A stretch of 46,976 bases of DNA, taken from positions 1 to 46,976 of the forward strand of contig NIVC01003544.1 of assembly GCA_002269645.1 (NCBI GenBank), in the 5' to 3' direction. Positions 1 through 10,400 of this stretch are shown here, piece after piece. This DNA comes from Macrostomum lignano (Eukaryota). The notes below the pieces were generated by a model that saw nothing but the letters and a program-made list of their open reading frames with translations, was not told the DNA's origin and ran no database searches. The first letter of the stretch is position 1. Every line of letters begins with the position of its first letter. Made by a program: the position numbers and the translations under genes.

Positions 1-2035
1 TGAGATAGAGATGAGATAGAGAGTGAGATAGAGAGAGTGAGATAGAGAGTGAGATAGAGAGTGAGATAGAGAGTGAGAATAGAGAGTGAGAAAGAGAGTA
101 AGATGAGAGTGAGATAGAGAGTGAGATAGAGAGTGAGAAGAGAGTGAGAAGAGAGTGAGAAGAGAGTGAGAAAGAGATAAGATAGAGAGTGAGATAGAGA
201 GTGAGATAGAGAGTGAGATAGAGAGTGAGATAGGAGTGAGAAGAGATTAAGATAGAGAGTGAGATAGAGAGTGAGATAGAGAGTGAGATAGAGAGTAAGA
301 TAGTGAGTGAATAGAGAGTGAGAAGAGAGTGAGAAAGAGATTAAGATAGAGAGTGAGATAGAGAGTAAGATAGTGAGTGAGATAGAGAGTGAGAAAGAGT
401 GAGAAAGAGATATAAGATAGAGAGTGAGATAGAGAGTGAGATAGAGAGTGAGATAGAGAGTAAGATAGAGAGTGAGATAGAGAGTGAGAAAGAGAGTGAG
501 AAAGAGAGTAAGATAGAGAGTGAGATAGAGAGTGAGATAGAGAGTGAGATAGAGAGTAAGATAGAGAGTGAGATAGAGAGTGAGATAGAGAGTGAGATAG
601 AGAGTGAGAAGAGAGTAAGATAGAGAGTGAGATAGAGAGTGAGATAGAGAGTGAGAAGAGAGTGAGAAAGAGAGTGAGAAAGAGAGTGAGATAGAGAGTA
701 AGATAGAGAGTGAGATAGAGAGTGAGATAGAGAGTGAGATAGAGAGTGAGATAAGAGAGTGAGATAGAGAGTAAGATAGAGAGTGAGATAGAGAGTGAGA
801 AAGAGAGTGAGAAAGAGATTAAGATAGAGAGTGAGATAGAGAGTGAGATACAGAGTGAGATACAGAGAAAGATAGAGAGTGAGATAGAGAGTAAGATAGA
901 GAGTGAGATAGAGAGTGAGAAAGAGAGTGAGAAAGAGATTAAGATAGAGAGTGAGATAGAGAGTGAGATAGAGAGTGAGATAGAGAGTAAGATAGAGAGT
1001 GAGATAGAGAGTGAGATAGAGAGTGAGATAGAGAGTGAGAAAGAGAGTAAGATAGAGAGTGAGATAGAGAGTGAGATGAGAGTGAGAAAGAGAGTGAGAA
1101 AGAGAGTGAGATAAGAGAGTGAGATAGAGAGTAAGATAGAGAGTGAGATAGAGAGTGAGATAGAGAGTGAGATAGTGAGTGAGATAGAGAGTGAGAAAGA
1201 GAGTGAGAAAGAGATTAAGATAGAGAGTGAGATAGAGAGTAAGATAGTGAGTGAGATAGAGAGTGAGAAAGAGAGTGAGAAAGAGATTAAGATAGAGAGT
1301 GAGATACAGAGTGAGATACAGAGTAAGATAGCTAGTGAAGTGGAGAGTGAGAAAGAGAGTGAGATAGAGAGTGAGAAAGAGAGTAAGATAGAGAGTGAGA
1401 TAGAGAGTGAGATGGAGAGTGAGAAAGAGAGTGAGAAAGAGAGTGAGAAGAGAGTGAGATAGAGAGTAAGATAGAGAGTGAGATAGAGAGTGAGATAGAG
1501 AGTGAGATAGAGAGTGAGAAAGAGAGTAAGATAGAGAGTGAGATAGAGAGTGAGATAGAGAGTGAGATAGAGAGTGAGAAGAGAGTGAGAAAGAGAGTGA
1601 GAAGAGAGTGATATGGAGAGTGAGATAGAGAGTGAGATACAGAGTGAGATACAGAGTAAGATAGCTAGTGAAGTGGAGAGTGAGAAGAGAGTGAGATAGA
1701 GAGTGAGAAAGAGAGTAAGATAGAGAGTGAGATAGAGAGTGAGATGGAGAGTGAGAAAGAGAGTGAGAAAGAGAGTGAGAAAGAGAGTGAGATAGAGAGT
1801 AAGATAGAGAGTGAGATAGAGAGTGAGATACAGAGTGAGATACAGAGAAAGATAGAGAGTGAGATAGAGAGTGAGATAGAGAGTGAGATAGAGAGTAAGA
1901 TAGAGAGTGAGATAGAGAGTGAGATAGAGAGTGAGAAAGAGAGTGAGAAAGAGAGTAAGATAGAGAGTGAGATAGAGAGTGAGATAGGTAGAGACATACA
2001 GAGTGAGATACAGAGCGAGATACAGAGTGAGATAG
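1..2035. repeat. 12-bp minisatellite (GAGTGAGATAGA)n with variants; continues beyond the window start
   Basis: Directly visible tandem unit with variants GAGTAAGATAGA, GAGTGAGAAAGA and GAGTGAGATACA. Confidence 0.97.
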
Positions 2036-2579
2036 CACAGGATTGCATTCGGAACCAAATTTAACTGACTCAGAGAATGATTATCATCTGAGTTTTATTT
2101 CTGAATTATTTTGACTAAAGCCACAGGCTTAGGGCGGCACAGTTGGTGTATTTAATAGAAACTAATGCAAGATTTGCTCTGTTCTACTTGCAAGTAGCAT
2201 TGCATGAGCATACTAGTAAAGTATTAAGCAAGCTGCATTTAGCATGCTCGAACTAGCTTAATGCCCGCTTGTTCGCATTTACAGCTAAACTTTTCATGCT
2301 CACAACTCCGGATCAGTTGCACTTAAAGTGAAAATTTTTTCGCAAGTGTGTTCAAAATTTGTTCTCTTTTAAGATGACGCAAAGCTTACAATTACAGTCT
2401 ACATTTCACTATCAAAGAATTGTCAATCCTCCAAAATCAATGAGACAATATTTCCAAACTCTTGCCCACCGGTACAACATGGACTTTAACATTCGAACTA
2501 CGAGTATTTCTTTTGCGGTAACTTCTAGTGGTCCTTGGCGTGCGACATGCATATTGATTTTTTTATGATTTGACATGAT

Positions 2580-2703
2580 ATGATTTTTTTATACAAGTTA
2601 AGCAGGACCGTCTGCGGTTAGTCTCTGAGAGGTAAATGGTGAATTAATAGATTGAGCTTTAGTTCACCTGCTTGGAAAGGATGGGACTTTTGAATTTTGA
2701 GTA
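2580..2703 (+). repeat. 124-bp direct repeat, copy 1 (copy 2 at 3576-3699)
   Basis: ATGATTTTTTTATACAAGTTAAGCAGGACCGTCTGCGG...GAATTTTGAGTA occurs essentially identically at both positions. Confidence 0.9.
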
Positions 2704-2769
2704 GTGCATTGGTACATTTCGTTTAAAAAACAAACGTGCTAAAAAGCAGCTATTATTAATTTTGATATT

Positions 2770-2951
2770 TTACATCGATTTCTGGCCAGGACAGGCACAG
2801 CTGCATGCTTGCAGGCTCTCCCCGTCATCGCTGAGGCACAAGAGGGCGCGACCTCTGGCGGGCGGTGTGGGAGGCGCAGCAGCTGTGGGCGCAGATGCCA
2901 CTGGGGCAGGCGGGGCCGAGGCCGGAGGGGGGGCGCCCTGCTCAAACTGGC
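2770..2951 (-). CDS. Possible Pro/Ala-rich terminal exon of an unknown minus-strand gene
   Basis: A GC-rich open segment (QFEQGAPPPASAPPAPVASAPTAAAPPTPP...) follows a pyrimidine-rich acceptor-like TTTTCCTTCGACTGTCAAAG on the minus strand. No homology recognised. Confidence 0.25.
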
Positions 2952-3305
2952 CTTTGACAGTCGAAGGAAAAATGACAGAAAATGTGTCTCGCTGAGTGCT
3001 GAGCCTTGAATGAATAACAACTACAGCCGAATGCACAGGATGGAGGGTGAGGCAGCTGCTACCGAGCTGAGCTGAGCACCCCATTCTTGTGAGTAGCTTG
3101 AGCACTGCTCTCTCGCCTTGCTCAACAATAGCGCTCATCTCTGACTCGCCTACACTGCTCAGGGGGGAGGGGCAGGCCAGATAAACAGGAGTTGCACCTG
3201 AGAAATGCAGATGCAGCGTGTTGCCGAGCACACAGAGAGAGACAGACCGGTCGGGCGGCCAGCCTTAGCAGACACTCGGCAGCTCTTTGCTCAATGACAG
3301 CGGCG

Positions 3306-4674
3306 ATGGACCCGGCCGGTGCGGCCCCGGGCGCCTGGGTCCTGCCGGTGAAGTGCCGGCTGGAGGAGGCCGGGCTCAGCGAGACTCGGCTGCTGCTGCT
3401 GCGCCGGGCGCACCTGGACGAGCTGCACTGCAAGCTGGGCTGGCTGTTCAACCTTCAGGGCCGCTACCAGCTGAAGTACCTCGGTGAGTGCCGCGAATCT
3501 GCTATGTTGCTGAGCAAATTAAATCTTCAGCCTGAGCGAAGCAATTTTGCCGCGACCTTGTTGATGCAGGAGTTAATGATTTTTTTATACAAGTTAAGCA
3601 GGACCGTCTGCGGTTAGTCTCTGAGAGGTAAATGGTGAATTAATAGATTGAGCTTTAGTTCACCTGCTTGGAAAGGATGGGACTTTTGAATTTTGAGTAT
3701 AAACAAGCTTGGAAACTTGTGGAAGCCAGTGGAAACAAGCTTGGAAATTTGTGGAAGCCAGTGGAAACAAGCTTGGAAACTTGTGGAAGCCAGTGGAAAC
3801 AAGTCCGAATTGAAGCATACGGTTTCCTGAGTTCCTCCAAGCTTCCGTCATCCCGGCGCTTTCAGACCGGTTCGGCGACCTCATCACGTTCTCCTCGACG
3901 AGGAGTTCCAGCTGGCTCTGAACAACTTCTCCCCTCCGGAGTTCCGCATCCTCGTCACTCCAGCTGACGACGCAGCTCTGGCAACGTCGAGGTCAGCCAG
4001 GAGGCGGTGGACCACCCGGCCGGCGCCGACCCGCGGGGCAGCCCCGGAGGAGGCTTCGAAGGCCGCCGCAGCTGCTCCAGCGGCAGCGGCTTCAGTCCTG
4101 CCAGCAGCCGCGGCACCCGCAGACCGACTGCGGCCCGTGAGCGACGGGGCTTCCAGAGTCTCGGCTGCTGAGAAGCCGTCCGTTCGTCGGATCAGAGTGA
4201 GTTCTCACCCGAGAGTTGCATAAAGAGCTTCTTTGAGGTGTCTGTGAGATCCTACAGTTGTGAGGTGTGCTGGGAGAGCTCAAACGCATTGATGCTGCAC
4301 TGCAAGTCGTCCGTCATTTTCAGGAGCTGCGCGACTCTCCACTCAAATCGTCGCCGCCGCCGAACGCTGCCGTTTTGGGCGACCGCCGCGCCGTCTTCCG
4401 CCCCGACTACCTGCGGCCGCGCACGGCCACCCAGCGCAAGTGTCCGGCCACAGCGCCGGCCGTGCAGGCATCCTTGGCCGGTTACCGGCAGGACGTGGCC
4501 GCCAAAGGCATCGACGGCTCGGACTTCGTGCACTTCGGCATCGAGTGCAGCCGCTGCGGCACCGACCCGCTGATTGGCTGGCGGTTCAAGTGCTCCCTGT
4601 GCCCGAACTACAACATGTGCGCTGCCTGCTTCCACCGCTACTCGCACGGCCACGGCTTCTACCGGCTGCCGTGA
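3306..4674 (+). CDS. PB1 + ZZ zinc-finger protein (p62/SQSTM1/NBR1-like N-terminal architecture), spliced, with at least one frameshift
   Basis: Exon 1 3306-3483 (..ETRLLLLRRAHLDELHCKLGWLFNLQGRYQLKYL, donor G|GTGAGT) and exon 2 from 3866 (TTTCAG|) give YLDRFGDLITFS. A 1-nt shift near 3895 then restores DEEFQLALNN, the acidic OPCA motif of PB1. The last exon encodes HFGIECSRCGTDPLIGWRFKCSLCPNYNMCAACF..H.H, a ZZ finger, with stop at 4672-4674. The exon 2/3 junction is not resolved. Confidence 0.8.
3576..3699 (+). repeat. 124-bp direct repeat, copy 2, inside intron 1 of the PB1-ZZ gene
   Basis: Matches 2580-2703. Confidence 0.9.
3701..3803. repeat. 32-bp tandem repeat x3 (AAACAAGCTTGGAAACTTGTGGAAGCCAGTGG), intronic
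   Basis: Units start at 3701, 3733 and 3765, with a partial unit at 3797. Confidence 0.93.
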
Positions 4675-5699
4675 GCAGGGCGGAACATTCTGGAGCGGTG
4701 CTGGCGCATGCGTATCCAACTCACTGTAGGATGCTCAACTGCTCACAGATCAGTTTACTAGATCTATTTCAAAGCTCTATTTTTCTGTACGTACGGTATT
4801 TGGTTGGCAAAGCGTTTCTAATTTAATCATCTATGAGTAGTTCAGGAACTCAACTCACAACCCGCCTCAATCAGAGCTGCAAAACTGCAGGACTCACCAC
4901 TGATCAACCAATCTCTTTGCCCTGGAAGGTGTGCATGTACAAAATCATAACTGCCCGAACATTGCGATTCCGAAACAATTGGATTTACTAGACAATATTT
5001 TAATATAGCCGTGTTAAACACAAGAGTTCTTTTGCTTTGCCATTCAACTGGGCTGATTTCTCACCGCTCTGCTGTGTCAGGCGATCGAACTGTAGAAGGA
5101 AGAAAGCCCGAGAACTGGGAGGCTGCAGGCGCTAATGGGATGAATTTTTGCGGCCCCACTTAGCCTGATGGATGCCCCTCTAAAAGCTCCCGGGGCGTCA
5201 GTTTTTGTGATTCCCGGTTTGGGATCTGACGTCTCTGAGGTGAGGGAGACTCGGGGTGAGATGGGGACTCGAACACTCGGTGATTGATCACCCCATTCAA
5301 TCAGCGATGAAGAGTCCAGTCTCTTCTCGGCCCGGACATTGTCCCGTCAGCAACTCCATTAAAGCCCGCTTCTAGAAGAGCCCTCGGGACAGCGGCAATC
5401 TCACACTCCTCCCTCTCTACCTTGTCCGCCTCTGTCAGCCTGCTGACAGTCAGTAAAATTGAAAGCGAAAGTCGGGATTTGTTTTCAATTTGATTTTATT
5501 GCTGGGGGCGGGCAAGCGCCATTGTTTAGGCAAAATATTGGGACCGTTAAGTAGAAGGCGACTTTTAAATATGGAATTGTCGCTGTGACCGCGGTATAAA
5601 CAAACTCGGGACAAACAGGGGCAGAGGTGTCTGTCAGCGAAGTTTACCGGCTTCGGGGCCCGAGACTCAGGGCAGGCAGCTGTCAAGAGAGTCAGCCAG

Positions 5700-6767
5700 T
5701 CAGCCAGCTGGGTGGCGCAGCCTCCTGCCGTAGATGAGGATCACTCGGTTGCTGTCCCCGCACAGGTAGAGGACCATCGGGAAATACGCCTGTTGCTGCT
5801 GCTGCTGCTCCTGCTGCTCCTGCTGCTCCCGGACCTGCTGCAGAAACTGCAGCTGCTGCTGCTGCTGCCCGGCCAGGCGATCCCGGAGGCCGCTGAGCGA
5901 CCTCTGCAGCTGGTCGCCGAGTTCCGCGTCCTCGACGTCAACGTTGACGCGGCTGCGCAGCTCCAGGCTGCCGGAGTTGCGCAGCACGGAGCGCACGTCC
6001 ACCGTGCCGCTCACCACACAGCAGCAGTCGCGGCTGTGGTAGGCCGCCTTCGTCACCACGAGGGCGACACCGATGCGCTGGCAGCGTCTGCGAAGGTCCT
6101 CCGCCAGCCGGTCGGCCAGATCGACGCCCTGCTGACCAGCCGACGAGGACGACGAGGAGGACAGCGAGGACAGGCCGCTGTCCCGGCTCGCCAGCTCCGC
6201 TGAGGTCGTCTGCGGCTGCTGCTGCTGCTGCTGCTGGGTCGCCGACAGAGGCGCGGTCACGTGATCCAGCTGGAAGTGCAGCTTCACGAAGTCTCGGTAG
6301 AGGATGGCATTTTTGTCGCTGTCGTCGCCGTAGTTGAGGTGCACCGACCAGCGGCTCTCGGCTGAGGGTCGCGGGCCGTCGGCACCCCCACCGGCGCTGC
6401 CATTGACGCAGAGCTCGTCACTCTCGTCGGCTCCTTCGTTGGCATCAGCGAAGCTGCAGTGGCTCAGGCCGGTCTGCTCCAGCAGCACGTGGCGCAGCAG
6501 TCGCTTCTGCTCAGAGTTGGGGAGCACCCGCTCCAGGAATTTGCTCACCCTGGCCCACTCGCGCCACGCGAAGGCGATCCGGCAGGCCTCCCCGCCGCCG
6601 TCACCGCCTCCATGATCGCCGCTGAACTCACCGCCTCCGGGGCTGCCGCCGCAGGCTCCGCAGGTCACATGACTCTCGCTTACCTGACTGTCGGTCGTGT
6701 TGAGCTCGCCGACAAGCTTCTCAATGGTGGCGAGGCAGTACGACTCGCTGCTGAGCTGCTGGCCCAT
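5700..6767 (-). CDS. Uncharacterised ~355-aa protein with Q/S tracts; possible N-myristoylation (MGQQLSS)
   Basis: Long open frame (track ORF 5700-7229) with GC3-rich codons and CAG tracts. The ATG at 6767 has a good Kozak context (CCCATGG) and an MGxxxS motif. The upstream in-frame part looks UTR-like. No domain recognised. Confidence 0.65.
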   Translation of the reverse strand: MGQQLSSESYCLATIEKLVGELNTTDSQVSESHVTCGACGGSPGGGEFSGDHGGGDGGGEACRIAFAWREWARVSKFLERVLPNSEQKRLLRHVLLEQTGLSHCSFADANEGADESDELCVNGSAGGGADGPRPSAESRWSVHLNYGDDSDKNAILYRDFVKLHFQLDHVTAPLSATQQQQQQQPQTTSAELASRDSGLSSLSSSSSSSAGQQGVDLADRLAEDLRRRCQRIGVALVVTKAAYHSRDCCCVVSGTVDVRSVLRNSGSLELRSRVNVDVEDAELGDQLQRSLSGLRDRLAGQQQQQLQFLQQVREQQEQQEQQQQQQAYFPMVLYLCGDSNRVILIYGRRLRHPAG

Positions 6768-7245
6768 GGGCTGCGAGAGTGGCAGGGCTGGCGAGGTGCA
6801 AAAGTGCGCTCCGGCTCCGGCAGCTCCGCAAGAGGCTTTTGTCTTTCTGTCTGTAGCGCAGCGGGTCGGAGGGGTGGGCAGCCTGGGGATTTGGGTGAGA
6901 GGGATCTCTGTGGGTGGGTGGGGAATAAAGGCTGTGGGCCGCGGAGGGACGGGGCGCGTGGGTTTGGGAATTCCATGAGCAGCCAGCCAGCGACTCAACC
7001 CGATTGGTGCTTCCTCTCCTAGCAACTCCAGCCTGACCGAGTCCCGGTCTCTCAGCTGTGGCATTCTGTCCACCCCCGGCCGCTTATCTGTCTTGAAATC
7101 ATTTTTTCTCCCTTTTTTACTGCACGAAACGGCGCCAGTAAAGCGGATTTTCTGGCCACCACTGCTGATCCACCGGCTTCCGATGGACTCGCCGTCCTGC
7201 AGTGCCTCCCTTCCGACTGACTGCCCCACTCAGCTGTGCGGGCTT

Positions 7246-7456
7246 CCACTGCTGTCTCAGTGCTCACTTCTCAGGGCCTCAGCTCTTCTCCACCGCTGTC
7301 TCAGTGCTCACTTCTCAGGGCCTCAGCTCTTCTCCACTGCTGTCTCAGTGCTCACTTCTCAGGGCCTCAGCTCTTCTCCACTGCTGTCTCAGTGCTCACT
7401 TCTCAGGGCCTCAGCTCTTCTCCACTGCTGTCTCAGTGCTCACTTCTCAGGGCCTC
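7246..7456. repeat. 44-bp tandem repeat, ~4.8 copies
   Basis: Unit CCACTGCTGTCTCAGTGCTCACTTCTCAGGGCCTCAGCTCTTCT. Confidence 0.93.
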
Positions 7457-7480
7457 CATTCCGTCACTTCAGTCATTCCG

Positions 7481-10400
7481 TCTTTCCCTCAGTCACTGCA
7501 TCTTTCCCTCAGTCATTGCATCTTTCCCTCAGTCACAGCATCTTTCCCTCAGTCACTGCATCTTTCCCTCAGTCACAGCATCTTTCCCTCAGTCACTGCA
7601 TCTTTCCCTCAGTCATTGCATCTTTCCCTCAGTCACTGCATCTTTCCCCCAGTCATTGCATCTTTCCCTCAGTCATTGCATCTTTCCCTCAGTCACTGCA
7701 TCTTTCCCTCAGTCACTGTATCTTTCCCTCAGTCACTGCATCTTTCCCTCAGTCACTGCATCTTTCCCTCAGTCACTGCATCTTTCCCTCAGTCACTGCA
7801 TCTTTCCCTCAGTCACTGCATCTTTCCCTCAGTCACTGCATCTTTCCCTCAGTTACTCCATTTTCCCTCAGTCACTGCATCTTTCCCTCAGTCACTGCAT
7901 CTTTCCCTCAGTCACTGCATCTTCCCTCAGTCACTGTATCTTTCCCTCAGTCACTGCATCTTTCCCTCAGTTACTCCATTTTCCCTCAGTCACTGCATCT
8001 TTCCCTCAGTCACTGCATCTTTCCCTCAGTCACTGCATCTTTCCCTCAGTCACTGCATCTTTCCCTCAGTCACTGCATCTTTCCCTCAGTCACTGCATCT
8101 TTCCCTCAGTCACTGCATCTTTCCCTCAGTCATTGCATCTTTCCCTCAGTCACTGCATCTTCCCTCAGTCACTGCATCTTTCCCTCAGTCATTGCATCTT
8201 TCCCTCAATCACTGCATCTTCCCTCAGTCACTGCATCTTTCCCTCAGTCATTGCATCTTTCCCTCAGTCACTGCATCTTCCCTCAGTCACTGCATCTTTC
8301 CCTCAGTCATTGCATCTTTCCCTCAGTCATTGCATCTTTCCCTCAGTCACTGCATCTTTCCCTCAGTCACTGCATTTTCCCTCAGTCACTGCATCTTTCC
8401 CTCAGTCAATGTCCTAGTCACTCTCTCTCTGGTTCATTCAGTCTCTCCATATTTCCCTCAGTCACTCCATCACTCGCTCTGTCACTCAAGTTTATATCTG
8501 TCCTCGAACCCGGCATCTGAGGGTAGATGTGTTGCCGTTCAACATCCTCAAGCCCCAGAATCCGCGGGCAGGTTGGCACTTCTTCTTTCTGTAAAAACTG
8601 CTCAAAGAGCCCCAATAGGGAAAATGCGCACTGAAGTTTGTTCCAAAGGCGGTTAAATAAATAATTAATAACGGCTGCCAGCCTCTTCTGTCGCCCCATT
8701 AACTGCGTCTCCCGCACCCCATCTGATTTGCTATTCAGTGCCAGTTGGTGGGCTGCAGGGTCTGCGACATAGCGACTCCTCACTCCACTACCTGGCAGAG
8801 GATGGGGCTGGAGGATGCTGGCTGCGTGTACATCTTCCCTCAGTTACTGCATCTTTCCCTCAGTCACTGCATCTTTCCCTCAGTCATTGCATCTTTCCCT
8901 CAGTCTCTGTATCTTTCCCTCAGTTACTGCATCTTTCCCTCAGTCACTCCATCTTTCCCTCAGTCTCTGTATCTTTCCCTCAGTCACTGCATCTTTCCCT
9001 CAGTCACTGCATCTTTCCCTCAGTCACTGCATCTTCCCTCAGTTACTGCATCTTTCCCTCAGTCACTGCATCTTTCCCTCAGTCACAGCATCTTTCCCTC
9101 AGTCACTGCATCTTCCCTCAGTCACAGCATCTTTCCCTCAGTCACTGCATCTTTCCCTCAGTCACTGCATTTTCCCTCAGTCACTGCATCTTTCCCTCAG
9201 TCACTGCATCTTTCCCTCAGTCACTGCATCTTTCCCTCAGTCACTGCATCTTTCCCTCAGTCTCTGTATCTTTCCCTCAGTCACTGCATCTTTCCCTCAG
9301 TCACTGCATCTTTCCCTCAATCACTGCATCTTTCCCTCAGTCACTGTATCTTTCCCTCAGTCACTGTATCTTTCCCTCAGTCACTGTATCTTTCCCTTAG
9401 TCTCTGCATCTTTCCCTTAGTCTCTGCATCTTTCCCTCAGTTACTGCATCTTTCCCTCAGTCACTGCATCTTTCCCTCAGTCACTGTATCTTTCCCTCAG
9501 TCACTGTATCTTTCCCTTAGTCTCTGCATCTTTCCCTTAGTCACTGCATCTTTCCCTCAGTCACTGTATCTTTCCCTCAGTCACTGCATCTTTCCCTCAG
9601 TCACTCCATTTTCCCTCAGTCACTGCATCTTTCCCTCAGTCTCTGTATCTTTCCCTCAGTCACTGCATCTTTCCCTCAGTCACTGCATCTTTCCCTCAAT
9701 CACTGCATCTTTCCCTCAGTCTCTGTATCTTTCCCTCAGTCACTGTATCTTTCCCTCAGTCACTGTATCTTTCCCTTAGTCTCTGCATCTTTCCCTTAGT
9801 CTCTGCATCTTTCCCTCAGTCACTGCATCTTTCCCTCAGTCACTGTATCTTTCCCTCAGTCACTGTATCTTTCCCTTAGTCTCTGCATCTTTCCCTTAGT
9901 CACTGCATCTTTCCCTCAGTCACTGTATCTTTCCCTCAGTCACTGCATCTTTCCCTCAGTCACTCCATTTTCCCTCAGTCACTGCATCTTTCCCTCAGTC
10001 TCTGTATCTTTCCCTCAGTCACTGCACCTTTCCCTCAGTCACTGTATCTTTCCCTCAGTCACTGTATCTTTCCCTTAGTCTCTGCATCTTTCCCTCAGTC
10101 ACTGCATCTTTCCCTTAGTCACTGTATCTTTCCCTCAGTCACTGTATCTTTCCCTCAGTCACTGTATCTTTCCCTCAGTCACTGCACCTTTCCCTCAGTC
10201 ACTGTATCTTTCCCTCAGTCACTGTATCTTTCCCTCAGTCTCTGTATCTTTCCCTCAGTCACTGTATCTTTCCCTCAGTCACTGTATCTTTCCCTCAGTC
10301 ACTGCATCTTTCCCTCAGTCACTCCATTTTCCCTCAGTCACTGCATCTTTCCCTCAGTCACTGTATCTTTCCCTCAATCACTGTATCTTTCCCTCAGTCA

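Noticed and set aside
247-2064. Long ORFs (LTLY/SHSL/ESEI repeats)
   Set aside because: Translations of the 12-bp minisatellite; open frames follow from a unit length divisible by 3.
6590-6683. Intron from a GTAAGC donor-like site in the minus-strand gene
   Set aside because: No phase-compatible acceptor with a pyrimidine tract, and the frame is open without it.
7093-9779. Long FPQSLHLSLSHCIFPSVTAS ORFs
   Set aside because: Translations of the 20-bp minisatellite cycling through all frames.
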